DNA of 64,000 bases from Amoebidium appalachense (GCA_963693365.1 CAVNZM010000001.1:9254907-9318906), one strand, 5' to 3'; shown: positions 1 through 26,873, counted from the first letter of the stretch. Notes: generated by a model not told the origin, from the letters alone. Program-made: numbers and translations.

Positions 1-36
<36 letters not shown>

Positions 37-214
37 GCCCCAGGGTTGTACAACTCACGGGAGGAGATTAATAAACAATAACTCTTACCTCTCTTTCTTC
101 CCGTACTCGATCGTGATTCAGATTCTCCTTTTCTTTCTTCCTTTCTCCCTCCCTCCCCTCCCCCCCCCCCCTCCCCCCTCCCCCTCCCCCTCCCCCCTCC
201 CCATCCTGGAAGGG

Positions 215-535
215 GAAGGTCAAAGATAAGTGCTGAGGCAACCAAGCAATATATGGAGTCTCTACAACAAACAAAGCATAATCCTTTCCCAACTCGATTC
301 ATATTCTCCTTTCCTTTATTCCTTTCTCCTCCCTCCCCCAACCGCCCCCCCCCCCCCCCCATTCCGCCCTCCCCCCAACCCCCCCCCCCCCTCTTCTCCT
401 CCCCCTTCCCCCCCCCCCCCCCCCCCCCCCCCCCAAAAAAAAAGGTTGAAGGTCAAAGATAAGCGTACACTGAGACAACCACGTAATATCTGAGTCTCTA
501 CAACTAACAAGAACTATAACCCTTTCCCAACCCGC
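215..535. repeat. Degenerate tandem duplication, ~234 bp period
   Basis: GAAGGTCAAAGATAAG...CTGAG(G/A)CAACCA...GAGTCTCTACAAC...CCTTTCCCAAC occurs at ~215-300 and again at ~449-535, separated by a C-rich tract. Confidence 0.75.
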
Positions 536-2730
536 CCCTTCTTCCCCGTCTCCGCAGCCAAACATGAACACAACCATCAGAAGCACACACCGAAATGGGA
601 GCTCAGAAGATCATTCAACACAGGAACCCCAGCACAAATACACACGCCAGCGTATTCAAGCTTGTTGAGTGCTAAACCAGCGCCTTTTCCGATATCTCTT
701 TCTTCTTCTGCTCTTTCAGGATTCTTTTTGCTTTCTTTCTTCCTTTCTCCCCCTTCCCTCCCCGCCCCCCCCCCCCCCCCTTCCCCGGCACATCGAAGTG
801 TATAGCGTGCTAAAAGCCAGAGCCCACATCACTCTGACACAGACACACACACAATCACGTGCACGCTTTCTACACCAGAGACACCAAGTGCCTGCCCACA
901 TGCCACACCCCAACAAGACTGCTCAAACTCACTTCGAACCAAGCCAAACCAAAACGTAGTTATCTATGGATGCACTTGCAGAATAACACGAATGTATGCG
1001 AGCTAATGTGAAAGACTACGGCCGTTAAACATGAAAAACAAGCCAAGTATCACAAGTAACGTGCTCTCTCAAGTGACAGCACGTTTACTGCCCCTTGGAC
1101 GAGAATTTTGCAACTTGCAGACAAATAGGCGACACAAAAAAAGTAGAAAGCTGATCATCTATCCCCATGCAAATGAAACAAGGCAAGCACAAGAAATTGT
1201 TGAACAGATGTGGAGCAAAGGGCCTCAGATGCTTGGTTTGGGGCTAAGGGGCCGGGGGGGGGGGGGGGAGGGGGGGGGGGGAAGAAAGGGAGAAGGGGGG
1301 AAAAGGCAAGGCATGTACAAGACAAGAAGTGATCTTCACTTGCGCACGCAAACATGACTTGAAATCTAAGGGGTGAAGGCGTGCACCATGCAAGGGATAG
1401 GAGGGATAAGGCAAGCAACCTGAGACAGCATCTTCTTCATGTTTCCTTTGTGGTTTCTTTCGTTTTCTCGCCGCCTTCTCCACCTTCGAACAGTCTGCTT
1501 GTCTCGGCATCTTCCTCAAAAACCAAGCCTTCAGCAGAGCTGGGCTGAAAATTGCTTTCAAAGGATCAGCTATTTTCTTGTCGTAATACACGTTTTCGTA
1601 ACGTGCTTTTCACACGAGTGCCCCACCGAGGTGCCACCCAAGTGGTTTGGAACACGTTTCAAATTAACAGAAAACCGCTGCTAAAAGGCTGGTGTCTTTG
1701 TAACGTCTTGAAGGGTCTCTTTTAGCAAGACTTACTTAAAAGCTATGCAATTATTATTATTTTCCATTGCAGACTTACTTTCGAACTACACCTCAGCCCA
1801 CTACACACCCGTTTCAAGTGTGAGCCAGGAAAAGAGTATCACGCCTGCCAAGCACCAGTTAGTTACACGCCAAGGTGAGTGCCCGGAAACTCAAGTCAGA
1901 AACCGTGCCAACCCTTCTGGTGTCCTCAGGTGTTCGTGCTTACGAAAAACAACTCTCCGCCTACGCTATGCAACATATTCCCTCTGCCTCCGCTATGATA
2001 ACAAACTCACTTGCGGTAACATGCACATATACTTTCAAGTCAACGTACATGTACAAGTTTTGTAAGTGTCACGACTCAAGTCACTCAACTGAGTCACAAT
2101 CAGCGTGCAACGATCAATGAATGTACAAAGGAATGTAATGACGTCACCAGTGTCGCCATTGATTGGCTAATCTTGATTGCCTGGGCCATTTTATTATGAT
2201 CGGAAGGGGTAGATCTAGATCTACTTTCATTACAGTAACACTGCAACAATAACAGTTATAACTATTGTAGGTATATATATTTGAGCTATCTAGTATTTAT
2301 GTATTATTCATAAATTCATGGTAAGATTTCATCAAGCCTAAAATAAGCATATCCCAAACATATTTGTTGGAGGTACTTTGTAACAGTGTGACGTCATAAA
2401 GGAATCCTATTGGGCAAACAGTGCTGGTCTTGTGATTCGCTGGTTTTGTCCAATCAAACGGCGCCACCCAGTATATAGTGACACTTGAAGGTCCTGTACT
2501 TACGCAGTCGCGACTGTCGCGGGCTCCCTCTCTTCTCACTCTCCCGGCCCCTCTCAACCCCCCCTTTCTCCCCCTCCCTCAGTAGGTCCGTTTCTCTCCC
2601 TTATATGGATCCTTGCCCCCCCCCCTCCCCCCTCCCCCTCCCCCCCCCCCATCGCCCCCCTCCCCGTCCCTCCCTCTCTTTCTCTCTGTCTCTCTCCCTC
2701 CCTCAGCACGGGCTCTCTCTATCTCTCTAA

Positions 2731-3190
<460 letters not shown>

Positions 3191-3643
3191 ATCTACCTAT
3201 CTATCACAGGTAAACAACTAGGAGAAATTGGGAACGTCGATTCCACCATCAATTACTCCCGGAGAAAACATTGATGCGCCGACATCACCATAAATTTATC
3301 CCCTCCTTGGCATAGATGTGCAATTCACACCGCCTTTTTTTCCCCTAGGAGACATGTGTGCACAAATGACACCGTGAATTGCTGCTCTTATTGTAATTGG
3401 TGCCGGCAATGCCTCCAGCAATCATACCAGCTATATTCCTTGCCAATCACAGCAACAATTTCCATTAGCTATTACGTCCACTGTATGGCGAGCTACAGAA
3501 CAGCACACGTACACGTAGCAATACGTTCTGCAACAACCAGCGTCGCTTTAAAAACAAACTTTTTAATCCTCGTGCTAGGATTTTGCAAGTAGAAGAAAAT
3601 GGCAACGCTTACAATGGCTAGGTTGTTGATATATCGCCGAGAT

Positions 3644-3669
3644 CCTCAAACTCGATATCGAGTTTGAGG
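3644..3669. repeat. Perfect 26-bp palindrome
   Basis: CCTCAAACTCGAT|ATCGAGTTTGAGG is its own reverse complement. Confidence 0.9.
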
Positions 3670-3969
3670 CATCATGCTACATTGCAGATCATGATATGGT
3701 GAACTGCAACACCGAGCAGAAAAAGAAGGGGGGGGGGGGGGGGGGGGGAGGGGGAGGGGGAGCCTCAGAGGGGGGAGGGGGAGGGGGGGGGGAGAGAGAG
3801 AGCGAGAGAGAGAGAGCCCCGGAGAGAGACAGAGAGAGGGGGGGGAGGAAGGGGGGGGAGATGGGGAGAGGGGGGAAGAGGGAGGGGGGGGGAGGCTGAG
3901 AGAGAGAGAGAAGGGGGGAGGTGGAGGTGAGGGAGGGGGGGGGGGGGGGGGGGGGATGGAGAGAAAACA

Positions 3970-4440
3970 CAGGTTCCAAGTTAGCAAAGCACGAAAGTCT
4001 ACCTCATGCTCCTAATATGGCACCATTGGGCTTTTTGACCCATGCCTCCCCGATGTGGGTGGTGTGGGTCACCATCTGGCTGAGCTCGTATTGCCCGTAC
4101 ATGACCATTTCCACCACGATGGGACAACACAGAGGAGGAGGGTCTGATCATGAGATGGCACCGACCCAGATGGAATGACCCCAACGGCACAGCCCATTTC
4201 CTCTTCTGCCCCGGTGACTGCAAATACGGCCACTCCCCGGGTCCATGGAACCTGGCTACACCCCGGCCACCCCCTCCCCCAGGCCCGGGGACGCAGAGGG
4301 GGGGGAAGGGTCAGACACCTGGTGGATGCAGGCTGTGATGGCCGTGGTCAGGGTGGGGACCTCCCCGGCGTGGGCCGGGCAGGCCTAGAGGTGGGTGGTG
4401 GTCTCCGGGTGCTGGCTGCACCGGGGGCATGTGGTCTGTG
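3970..4440 (-). pseudogene. Decayed 3' fragment of a non-LTR retrotransposon ORF (CCHC zinc knuckle, zf-RVT-like)
   Basis: Minus strand from ~4435 reads TTCPRCSQHPETTTHL*ACPAH, matching the CxxC-x4-ETxxHL(W/F)xC knuckle found C-terminal to LINE RTs. The TAG is one substitution from TGG. The 3' extent is approximate. Confidence 0.5.
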
Positions 4441-4905
4441 TAAAGACGGTGGGGTGCCACTATGTGTATGTGTATATGTGTTCATGGCCCAAGACAGAGT
4501 GTGCGTGTGCTGGTCACCACAAATTGGATTAATCTACCATAATTATAGCACCAACTTCATGGTTTCCTGAGCTAAAGCTTAAGCCTTTGAGTATACACTC
4601 TAGCATGGGCACCAGTGTATCAAGCCATTTCATGACTAAAGATAACATGTACCAGCCCAGCGGCCCCTTCCCCCCCCCCCCCCCCCACCACCCACCCACC
4701 CACCCCTACCCCCCCCCCACACACACACAGGAGTCCCCTTGCAACTTCCGCCACGCACAATTTTGCCTGAATTGTAGCATTGCACTTTCGTCACATCCCT
4801 ATGTAGGGCTTAGGGTTCTTCTGAATTTCTCATTTCATCTACTTTGACCCCCCCCCACCCCCCCCCACCCCCCCACCCCCCCACCCCGCCTTCTCCGTAA
4901 AAGTT

Positions 4906-5130
4906 TATGTATCTCCCCCCCCTCCCCCCCCCCCCCCTCCCCCCCAAACACACGTGCACACACCATACCCCTCTGCTCTGTCCATATCACTCATGCACGC
5001 AGACTCGCCGAGACTCTTGGCATATATGTATCTCCCCCCCCCCCCCCCCCTCCCCCCGAACACACGTGCACACACCATACCCCTCTGCTCTGTCCATATC
5101 ACTCATGCACGCAGACTCGCCGAGACTCTT
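4906..5130. repeat. Near-identical tandem duplication, ~120 bp unit x2
   Basis: TATGTATCTCCCC...ACACACGTGCACACACCATACCCCTCTGCTCTGTCCATATCACTCATGCACGCAGACTCGCCGAGACTCTT occurs twice. Confidence 0.9.
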
Positions 5131-6184
5131 CACACTCCTCTCTCCCCGTGTGTACTATCATATGTGGGCTTATGCTTGTTCGCCCACACACTTGCAATAC
5201 CGTGCACGTGCACACGAGCACGACATTGTACATTAATGCATGAATCGTGTCCCGAATCATTTCACTCCTCCATTCACTCCAAAAGCCCAACTAGCATGCA
5301 TGTGTTATGAACAACCAAGGCTCTCTTCAAAGCGAAAGAAGCTTATGTGTGCTGTGTTTGTACGCACTTGTACCGGAAAGCAATGCATGTGTATTTATGA
5401 CCTTGTAGCCTGCTTTAAAGCTTTATTTCAAGCCGAAGTGTTTATGCTGTGGCAAGCCTTTCTTCCTTGATATACAGCGGAATGGTTTACACGTATTTAT
5501 CTTCAACACTGCTATATAATTCTCGATCGATTTTTCGAGCCAGGGAATGCTGCACATTTATAGCTTAGGTTTCTAGATCTGGCATGAGTTTGTAAACACA
5601 GATATCGATAGTTGCCGTGTAGGGGAAAAATCAACGACTAAGTTTAACTAACACGCCAGCCCTTTACAGAGCTAACGGTTGTAAAAAAAAAATGCAAGGA
5701 CTAGCCATTATAAGAGCCACAATCGCGTGGCCATGATATAAACTAATTTATAGTCACAATTGAAGCTGCAATGGCATGACTTTCATGACACATGTCTAAA
5801 GGGTGGGCCATTATGATCTTTAACTTATTTTAAATACAGCATCCATTAACCACGACAAAAATGCCTACATGCATGCCTAATATTATAAGCTATTATCAGC
5901 AAAATTCGCTTAGGTTCATTAGATTGAAGCCTCCTTATGGTGAAAACTTACTCAATACATAAACCCTGGTCGTCCCCCCTCCCCCCCCTCCCCCCCCTCC
6001 CCGGGGCACACCCTCAGATTTGGAAGTTAGGCGTATGCACACCAATCATTGTGACAATGGGTGTGTCTCCTCCCCCCCAGCCCCCCTTCCCACCCCCGTG
6101 CGGGCACCCCATCCCTCAAACACACACACACACACACACACATACATGCACACGCACCACAGAACAAGAAAAATAGCACAACGG

Positions 6185-19414
<13,230 letters not shown>

Positions 19415-20427
19415 TTTGGAGGCGTTCGACAGGATGGTTGCTTCATCCAAAAGCCAGGGAACGTGTGTCCTACCAGAACATGGAACAGATGGTTGTCATT
19501 TGTGCTTTGAGTAAATGGCAATCTGAAGTGCGTATATTACTGATTTATTTACGTTATGTGCATGTGTGTTTGTCGTTTTGTATAGAGATCTTTGCGGTTG
19601 TCGCGCGCATTTGCTTGCTCAACCTGTGTTCGGGTGTGAGTGTGGAGATGTGCGTCCCTGCATAGGCGGATGTACACGGATGCCTGTGGTCTTGCAATTG
19701 TGTGGCCCAGTCAGCCTGTCACAGTGTCGTTTATTCTGAGTTTAGGTGTGTCAAAACAATCGCTGCATGTATATGTTTTATATTACCTATGTTTCATGAA
19801 AGGTGCGCTACATTACATGTTTCTTAAATAACTGCCATTTTCACAGCCTGTGCTGAGCTGAGCTATTAGTTTCGAATAATTGAATCCGTGTCAAGGACGC
19901 ATATGTGCAGTGTAGATAGATGGTGATATCGGTGCACGCAGTTCCCCGTATCTTCTCCTACACTCCAGCCACGCACATGTGCCCGAGCACCTTGTTTGTT
20001 AACAAACCACTGAGGCTCTAGCTGTCTCTCTGTATATAGTAAACAGGTGCCATGTTCAGTACATAAAAAAAGTGGGTACAGACGGGATGACTGACGGTCT
20101 GTGCAACAAACGTCCTCATCCCGGGAAATTTAAAGCCGACCCAAGCATGACGTAATTTGATTACAACAAATACAACTTGACTGCCACGGCGTGCTTGTAG
20201 AAAAATTATGTTTTTAAAACGATTTCTATTTCCAGCTTTAGAGTTACCAAATTATATACATAAAAAGTAACGTATAATGCCTTCTATAAAGCGTTGTTTC
20301 GCTATGGTTAACGCTTCGGTAGCGATATCAGTGAACGTGGTCAAGAATACTACAGTTGTATGTCAACATAGCCCAGCGTAACACTGCGTAACACCGTAAA
20401 CGTTCTGTAGACTAACCCATAAGTAAA

Positions 20428-21376
20428 CAAGGCATTGCTCACCCCCCCATGGGTCCGGTCCGGTCCGGTCCGGCCCTTCATCGGTCCGATCCGGTCCGGC
20501 CCTTCATCGGTCCGGTCCCGGTCCGACTTCGGTCCTTTTCAAGGGTCCGACCCCCCCCCCCTCCCCCCCCCCCCCCCCCCGGGACCCCGCGGGCCCCGGT
20601 GCCTCCCCCTCCCCGCCTTGGCAGCCCCCTTCCGGTTCCCCCCCTCCTCCCCCGCATCCCCCCCGGCTCACCTTCGTTAGATCCCCCCCCCCCCCCCCCC
20701 CCCCCCCTCCAGGGCCCCCCTCGGCCCCGGGCCCCAGCCCCACTGGCACGCCCAACCGTAGCCCGCCTCCTCCCACCCTCCCCTGCTATTCTTTTTTAAA
20801 AGGGGGCTTTCTCTCCCTCCCCCTGCCGTGCACCCTCCCGTCAAGCTCACCCCCCTCCCATGCATGCACGCACGCTACCATCAGTGCCCTCTCAGCTCCG
20901 CAGTGATATGTACTTTCGCGCTAGCTATGGTGCTTGCTGGCACAAGCAACAGATGCTCTCCTTCTTTTATATCCTTTTTGGCTCGGGTGTGGGCCACTGG
21001 CGCACTGCATCATCTCATGCCATGTGTCATGCATATATGGCCTGTTTCCGAGTTGTACATGTGTCAGAGATCCTTAGTGTTTCTGGCCGAGTGTACCAAC
21101 GAGATCTTTTAAAGAATGGAGAGCGTGAGTGTGTGGAAAGTGAGGGGAGAGAGTGGAGAACAAAGGGTAGAGAAATGGAGAAGGGAGGGAAGGGGAGGAT
21201 GAGCCGTGCTGAGGCTATGCACTGTGACGGTCTACCTCGGGGGCAAAAAAACACATGTATGCCCTCGAAAAAAAGACCCATATTGAACCGGTCCGCCGAA
21301 ATGAGGACCGGACCGGTTCTGTCCTACCCCTGTACCGGTCCGGACCGTCGGTCCGGTCTAGACCGGCAATGCCTTG
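20428..21376. mobile_element. Non-autonomous hAT-like DNA transposon
   Basis: 11-bp TIR CAAGGCATTGC...GCAATGCCTTG, dense subterminal GGTCC/GGACC/ACCGG repeats at both ends, and 8-bp flanks TAAGTAAA / AAATTAAA (6 of 8 match, possible decayed TSD). Superfamily is inferred from this layout. Confidence 0.7.
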
Positions 21377-21666
21377 AAATTAAACAGGTATCGTATCGTG
21401 ATTGGCTTGTTTTAATGAGAACATAATCGCTGGAATGCGGTAGACTCAACTGTTCTCGGAGAGCCTCCATCATGTACAATCCGTCCATATCCACGCATGC
21501 ACACCCTAACACGTACTGACGTGTTGCCGCACGTGCGACGTTATACATCTACTCAGGTGTCCCTTTTAAGCAAAAAAAAAAAAAAAAAAAAAAAAAAGGA
21601 AAGGAGACACCGCCTCAGTAGGTGGTAGACGCACACCGTGGCACAAACCAACAAGTTCACCACGGC

Positions 21667-21710
21667 CTGGACACTGACTCTCCATGATATCATGGAGAGT
21701 CAGTGTCCAG
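21667..21710. repeat. Perfect 44-bp palindrome
   Basis: CTGGACACTGACTCTCCATGAT|ATCATGGAGAGTCAGTGTCCAG. Confidence 0.95.
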
Positions 21711-21776
21711 TGTGTGTGTGTGTGTGTATGTGTACGGTGTGTGTGCACGTATGTTTGTGCGTGTGTGTGTGTGCAC

Positions 21777-21865
<89 letters not shown>

Positions 21866-22560
21866 GAGCCTGCTGCGGCCCCTTGGCATCGGGCTACTTG
21901 GCCCGGGGCAGGCGCAGTTAATGTGCTCGTATCACCTTGTGTTCCTATTGGCGCGGATTTCGACGCCTGAGCCAATTCAGTGCATCATACCCCCCACCCC
22001 AGGACATGCAGTACAGCTCCAGCTTTTGCACAGCGATTGGTCTGGCGTTGTGTCTGTGTCACTACCTGTGGAAGCCGTGCGATCGATAAAGCTGTGCGCG
22101 CGCTTGCGCATGCGGGCAGGGAGCACGAGCTGTGTGCTCAGAGCCGCGCCGTTCACAGCCTGAGGACATTTCTTTTTGGCAAAACCTACATTAGCAATGA
22201 CGTATGGCCCACCTCAGCGGGCATGGAATCATTTCCTAGAGACCTCCAGAAGTTTTTCGAGATCCGACGATCTACATTAGAATATACTTTTCTCTGGGAT
22301 TTATTTATCAGTGGTCCAGTGGATATGAAGGCAACGTGCAGCTCCACAGGCTACATGACCACCAAAACTTTAACCGACTTCGAAAGAGCCACAGCGATGA
22401 AATAAAAAATAAAACAAGTGACCAAAGGACACCAGCGGGCAAAGGCGAGAAACTCCGCGGAAGGGAGATGTCCCCACACTCTCACAACAGTAGGAATAGA
22501 CAAGGCCGCACTACACACACACAGTGTCACGTTCCCCTGAGTGGGACCCCTTCCCACCAC

Positions 22561-22722
22561 AAAAAGAAAAAACGAAAGCCTTTATATACCTGCCATGGTG
22601 AAGATTCGGGAAAAAAGGTTGACGTGACAGCTAAGAGATCGAAGTAAAAGTGAAGTCCAAAAAGAAAAAACGAAAGCCTTTATATACCTGCCAACTAAGC
22701 TCGAGATCGAAGTTAAAAGTGA
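22561..22722. repeat. Short imperfect tandem duplication
   Basis: AAAAAGAAAAAACGAAAGCCTTTATATACCTGCCA occurs twice (22561, ~22659), each followed by AGATCGAAGT(T)AAAAGTGA. Confidence 0.8.
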
Positions 22723-24520
22723 GGTCCCACACCGATCGCCGACTGGCAGCTGCAGTTAGGGTGTGAAATTTGTGTACTTGGTGGCGCCGGCTGTGAAACA
22801 TTTTCATCGACACATGTGCACGTCATATAGCTTATACAGTTGGTTATAAAGCTCATTCATAATAGCCCCTGCCATTTTCTTAGAAAATATTCCAGCAGGC
22901 TCGCCCATTTCATGCGCTGAAAGCGCCTGAACTCAGTTTCGTTTGTGTATTCGCGATATCAGGGGGCCTACAGTTCTAAATAAAGCTGCGTTCCTGGCAT
23001 TGCCGCAGTAAAACATGGCAGGCCCAGGCAGGTGCCGAAAACATTTTCCCTGTGCATCGCAGTTGTTTTGGGCTGGTTATGGAGAGTACGGCGAGCTCTC
23101 GAGATGTAGGTGATTTCTTCTCATCATCCTGATTATGTAAGATGTATTATACCTATGACTTCTGGGGGTAGCGGCGGAGGCTTGGTATGGCGGGAGCTGA
23201 GTCCTGGCTGTGAGGGTCAGAGGGCCTGAGGGGGACGCTAAGTACTTTGGGGAGGGGGATCCAGGAAAAGAAGGGGGAGGGGTCAAAAGGGGAGGGATGG
23301 GGTGGCCAGCTGGTAATTTGGCCTTCAGAACGCGCTGCACTATATCCAAATGCCACCCGTTGCTAATATATTAGCTAGTACGTAAGTCACCTGCACGGTG
23401 TATACATACGTGTGTGTGTGTGTGTGTGTTTGTGAGGTACGTCTTGAGTGGAATGAAGTGGGTGGGGAGGGACCGGGACTGGGGGGGGGGGGTGGGGGGT
23501 GGGGGGAGGGGGGGTCACAACGTCAATTTGAAGAACGGGCCGAATTCTTTCGGAGAGGTTGGGTCGTTTCTATTCCGGCAAATTTCCAAACATCCCACCC
23601 ACAATACCTGTGGTGGAAAACTCCTTGCATGCTAACGAACCGTTACGGAATACATACTGTCAACACATTCCGTTGGTTTTCAGTTTGTTGGAAAGGCGTT
23701 TCGTATTATATTTCGTTATATAAAGGGCAAAAGCGAAGGAATACAGTTTGCATAATAATTATCGCACTACTGGAACATGGTGCTATACATTCAGAACGAG
23801 CTAGGGGAAGGAGTAAAATATAATAACACCTTAGTATTATGACGAATCACCATTGGGGAGAAATACAGAAAGAGCCATTACAAGGATAAGAAGGGCTTGC
23901 CCACCATATTACTGAGTGTCCCAACACTACGAGTCGAGTATTTGTGCGTGCACGTGCGCGCAAGTGTTCGTGTGTAGGTTGTGTGTAGGCGTGGGTGTTT
24001 TAGTTCTGTGCGTGTGTGCATGTGTAAAATGTTCGACTGGTCATGCTCTCTCCCCATGTGTGTGTGTGTGTCCAAGCGCAACCATGCTCTCTCCCCAAGT
24101 GTGTGTGTGTGTCCAAGTGCAACCAATCGCCTGCATGATTCCCCTTTTCTATGTTCTGCTCATACCGCCACACCTTCAAGCAAGGCTACGGTTGAACTAT
24201 ACTCTATAAACCTTTTTCTCCTATCATTTTACAGACAACATAACCCTGGCTAATCTACACCCTAGACTCTCCATGTGTGCAACGTAACACCATCCCTTCC
24301 CACCTGTCCACAACCAGCTTTCTACCCCCCCCACCCCCCCCCAAAAAAAATGCTTTTCAAAACCCATCCCTCCAAACACTAACTTCTCTCTTCCCCATCT
24401 CTGCCTTTCCTATTTCTAGCACGATTCGTAGCTTTTCCTCTTCCTCCTCCTCCCTCCCCCCCCCCCCCCCCCCCCCCCCCCCGTGCCTCGTTTGCTCCAT
24501 CCACCCCAGCCTGTCCCCTA

Positions 24521-25714
24521 TCACGTCACCTCGATTTTCCTCGGTGCATTCTCGTGCTCGTGTCTGTCCATCATGCTTGCCGCTTTTGCAAGAAGCGCCA
24601 ATCCAGACAGTCCCTCCCACCCACATTCCGCACTTCCGTCCCATTTCACCTCCCCACCTAAATCTCCTTTCTCCTCTGAATGTGCCTTGCGCCTGATATT
24701 TCCCTCTTTGTTCCCATCACACATGTTCTCATACTCCGGTGCTCTGGGGGGCTCCACATGCCCCTCCATCGTGTACTTACATTCCGCCGAACTCGCTGCG
24801 TCGTTATCGGTCGCTCGCTCCCCGCCAGTAGAAGTATCCATCCCCTCTCTCATGTTACTACCACCCCTATAAGCCCCCCCATTATAGCTGTATGGGTGGT
24901 ACATTTCCCTCTCTCTATCCCTCCCCCACCTTCCATACGAGTGTCCGGGGTGTGAGTGTCTCCTGTCTGCTGTATGTGACCACTCACCCGTCTCCATCCC
25001 TTGTGAAAACTGAAAACTAGCATATTCTCTTAGCGAAATTCCCGGCCTCGCATCCGTCTGGGGCCCGTCCGGAACGCTGCTCATGTTTTGCTCGCCGTTT
25101 TCTTCGCTCGTGCTGTGCTTGCTGTAGCGATTCATCTGATGAAAGGTATACACACGGCCAAAATGCGGTCCTCCTATTGGGTGCTGGGGTGAGATCATTC
25201 CTGGAAGGGAAGAAAAATTGCTGCGGGGAGGGAGTGGTTGGGATAGGTGCCACGGTTGCCAGGTGGATTTCTGACTGGGGTGAAAACTATGGGGGTTTAT
25301 TATTGGATCGTAGTTGCTGGGGCACAAAGGCACCCCCTCAGCGCGAACTTTCACGGCCTTCTCAAGTCGCTTCTTTGGGAAAATCAGTGGTTCGTTTTTG
25401 GGTTGTGCTTCGCCTGGCGCAAAAACATTATCCGTTCCCTCCTGCGTATCGGAACAAGCACTAGAAGCACTGGATGATTCTGCGTCGTTCTCATCCGAGT
25501 GTGCGTTGGAGTAGAACATCGACAAATCATACCCCTGATGCTTGAGTCTCGCGTGTGTTATGAGCGCGTTTTTCGATGCGTAGCTCTTGCCGCAGTGTGG
25601 GATGATGCAGGCCCACTTGAGTGCAAGTTGGGCGCGACACCGCCTTTGGCGGGGTTTTTTAAAGGGGGCTGGCCGCTCTTTCCCTCCTCCGTGTAAGTCG
25701 ATTACGGCAAACAT
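24521..25714 (-). CDS. Single C2H2 zinc-finger protein (putative transcription factor), 397 aa, intronless
   Basis: Long non-repetitive ORF. Basic stretch KKPRQRR then WACIIPHCGKSYASKNALITHARLKH (C-x4-C-x12-H-x4-H), disordered middle, C-terminal GLALLAKAA. Confidence 0.85.
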   Translation of the reverse strand: MFAVIDLHGGGKERPAPFKKPRQRRCRAQLALKWACIIPHCGKSYASKNALITHARLKHQGYDLSMFYSNAHSDENDAESSSASSACSDTQEGTDNVFAPGEAQPKNEPLIFPKKRLEKAVKVRAEGVPLCPSNYDPIINPHSFHPSQKSTWQPWHLSQPLPPRSNFSSLPGMISPQHPIGGPHFGRVYTFHQMNRYSKHSTSEENGEQNMSSVPDGPQTDARPGISLREYASFQFSQGMETGEWSHTADRRHSHPGHSYGRWGRDREREMYHPYSYNGGAYRGGSNMREGMDTSTGGERATDNDAASSAECKYTMEGHVEPPRAPEYENMCDGNKEGNIRRKAHSEEKGDLGGEVKWDGSAECGWEGLSGLALLAKAASMMDRHEHENAPRKIEVT

Positions 25715-26594
25715 GTTGGTTTAGAAAAAGGGGCTATGGCTACAGAAGAGAAAGAAAAGCAGGTGTGTGTAGTCTTGTGTGGGAACGTAAGTGCACGGGC
25801 TTGGCGTTGTGCAAGGGGTGTGTATGTGTGTGCTTACAAGCGGCTGCTTTGGAATGGGAAACACATGGATGTATTGAGATTGAAAGGATGTTGAAAAGCT
25901 ACAAGGCGCAGCGGAGGAATACTCAAAAAAGCGAATGACACGCTAGGTTGGGAAGCTGCTACTGCACCACAGCGATGTGTATTTAACTACTTCGGAGGTT
26001 TTCAAGGCAGTGGTGGAGATAAGGAAAGAAACATTGAGGTCTATAGTTTGGAAGTACAATAACCACGAAAACGAACTTAGCAAACGAAAGTGGAGCGTTT
26101 CAAAAATAGTGGAATAAGCGTGTGTAAAACAAGAAGGATAACAGTACTACGAAACCTTGGCCGCTGGCAGCCGTTGAATGTGATAGCAAAACATTGATGC
26201 GTGTGTTTGGCCATGGAGCGCATGTGGTTCGAACTGTGTGGATGAAGCATGCGAGGTGGGCGGCATTTTGCCCCCCCTCACTAACTATCCGCCAAAATGT
26301 CTAAATGGAAGCAAATCTGTTAGTTACAGCCCAATCAAATGCAAGAACGATAGATAGTGGACCTAGCTACTATAAAATGACACGTAATGGAATTTTGTAT
26401 TTATTTCTGCACTTTATGCATAATAACCACCTAATACTGCACCAATTTGTCGAAAAATACATTATACATGCGGAATGAAATATTTTGTGCACCTTTGAAG
26501 CTGGCACAGATGCGTATGGAAGGCACTATCTTAACGCTATCCCTGGAATTTTGATGCATAAACGAATCACAATTAAAAAGAATGATCTAAGAAT

Positions 26595-26842
26595 CAAGGC
26601 ATGGCCGGTTCAGACCGCCGTGACCGACGGTCCGAGTCGGTCCTGGGGTCGGACCGGACCGGTCCGGTCCTCAAAATCCGGAGGACCGGTTCAAACGGGG
26701 GATCTTTTTACATATGTATATATATATATATATATGTTTATGTCTACATACGTACACGCATTAAGGGTGTTTCTAAAACCAAAAAGCTGTATGTTATTGT
26801 GTATATATATGGGGAGGAAGGGGGTGAGGGGGGAGGGGTAAA

Positions 26843-26873
<31 letters not shown>

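Noticed and set aside
1244-1591. Lys-rich minus ORF (YYDKKIADPLKAIFSPALLKAWFLRK...)
   Set aside because: In-frame stop just upstream, no ATG or acceptor in frame and no recognisable domain; cannot be supported as an exon.
2209-2224. 16-bp palindrome GTAGATCTAGATCTAC
   Set aside because: Short and largely explained by a tandem TAGATC repeat.
19415-19450. ORF-track start of RTK exon 1 at 19450
   Set aside because: It is a TTG; the ATG at 19414 directly precedes the signal peptide.
21980-22405. 141-aa plus ORF
   Set aside because: GTG start, no motif and no supporting splice structure.
22561-22693. Two 35-bp direct repeats resembling a mini CRISPR array
   Set aside because: Only two copies, the intervening DNA is itself partly duplicated, there are no cas genes and the context is eukaryotic.
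23077-23349. Pro/Ser-rich minus ORF downstream of the first C2H2 gene
   Set aside because: TTG start, low complexity and no domain; the C2H2 ORF has its own stop at 24521.
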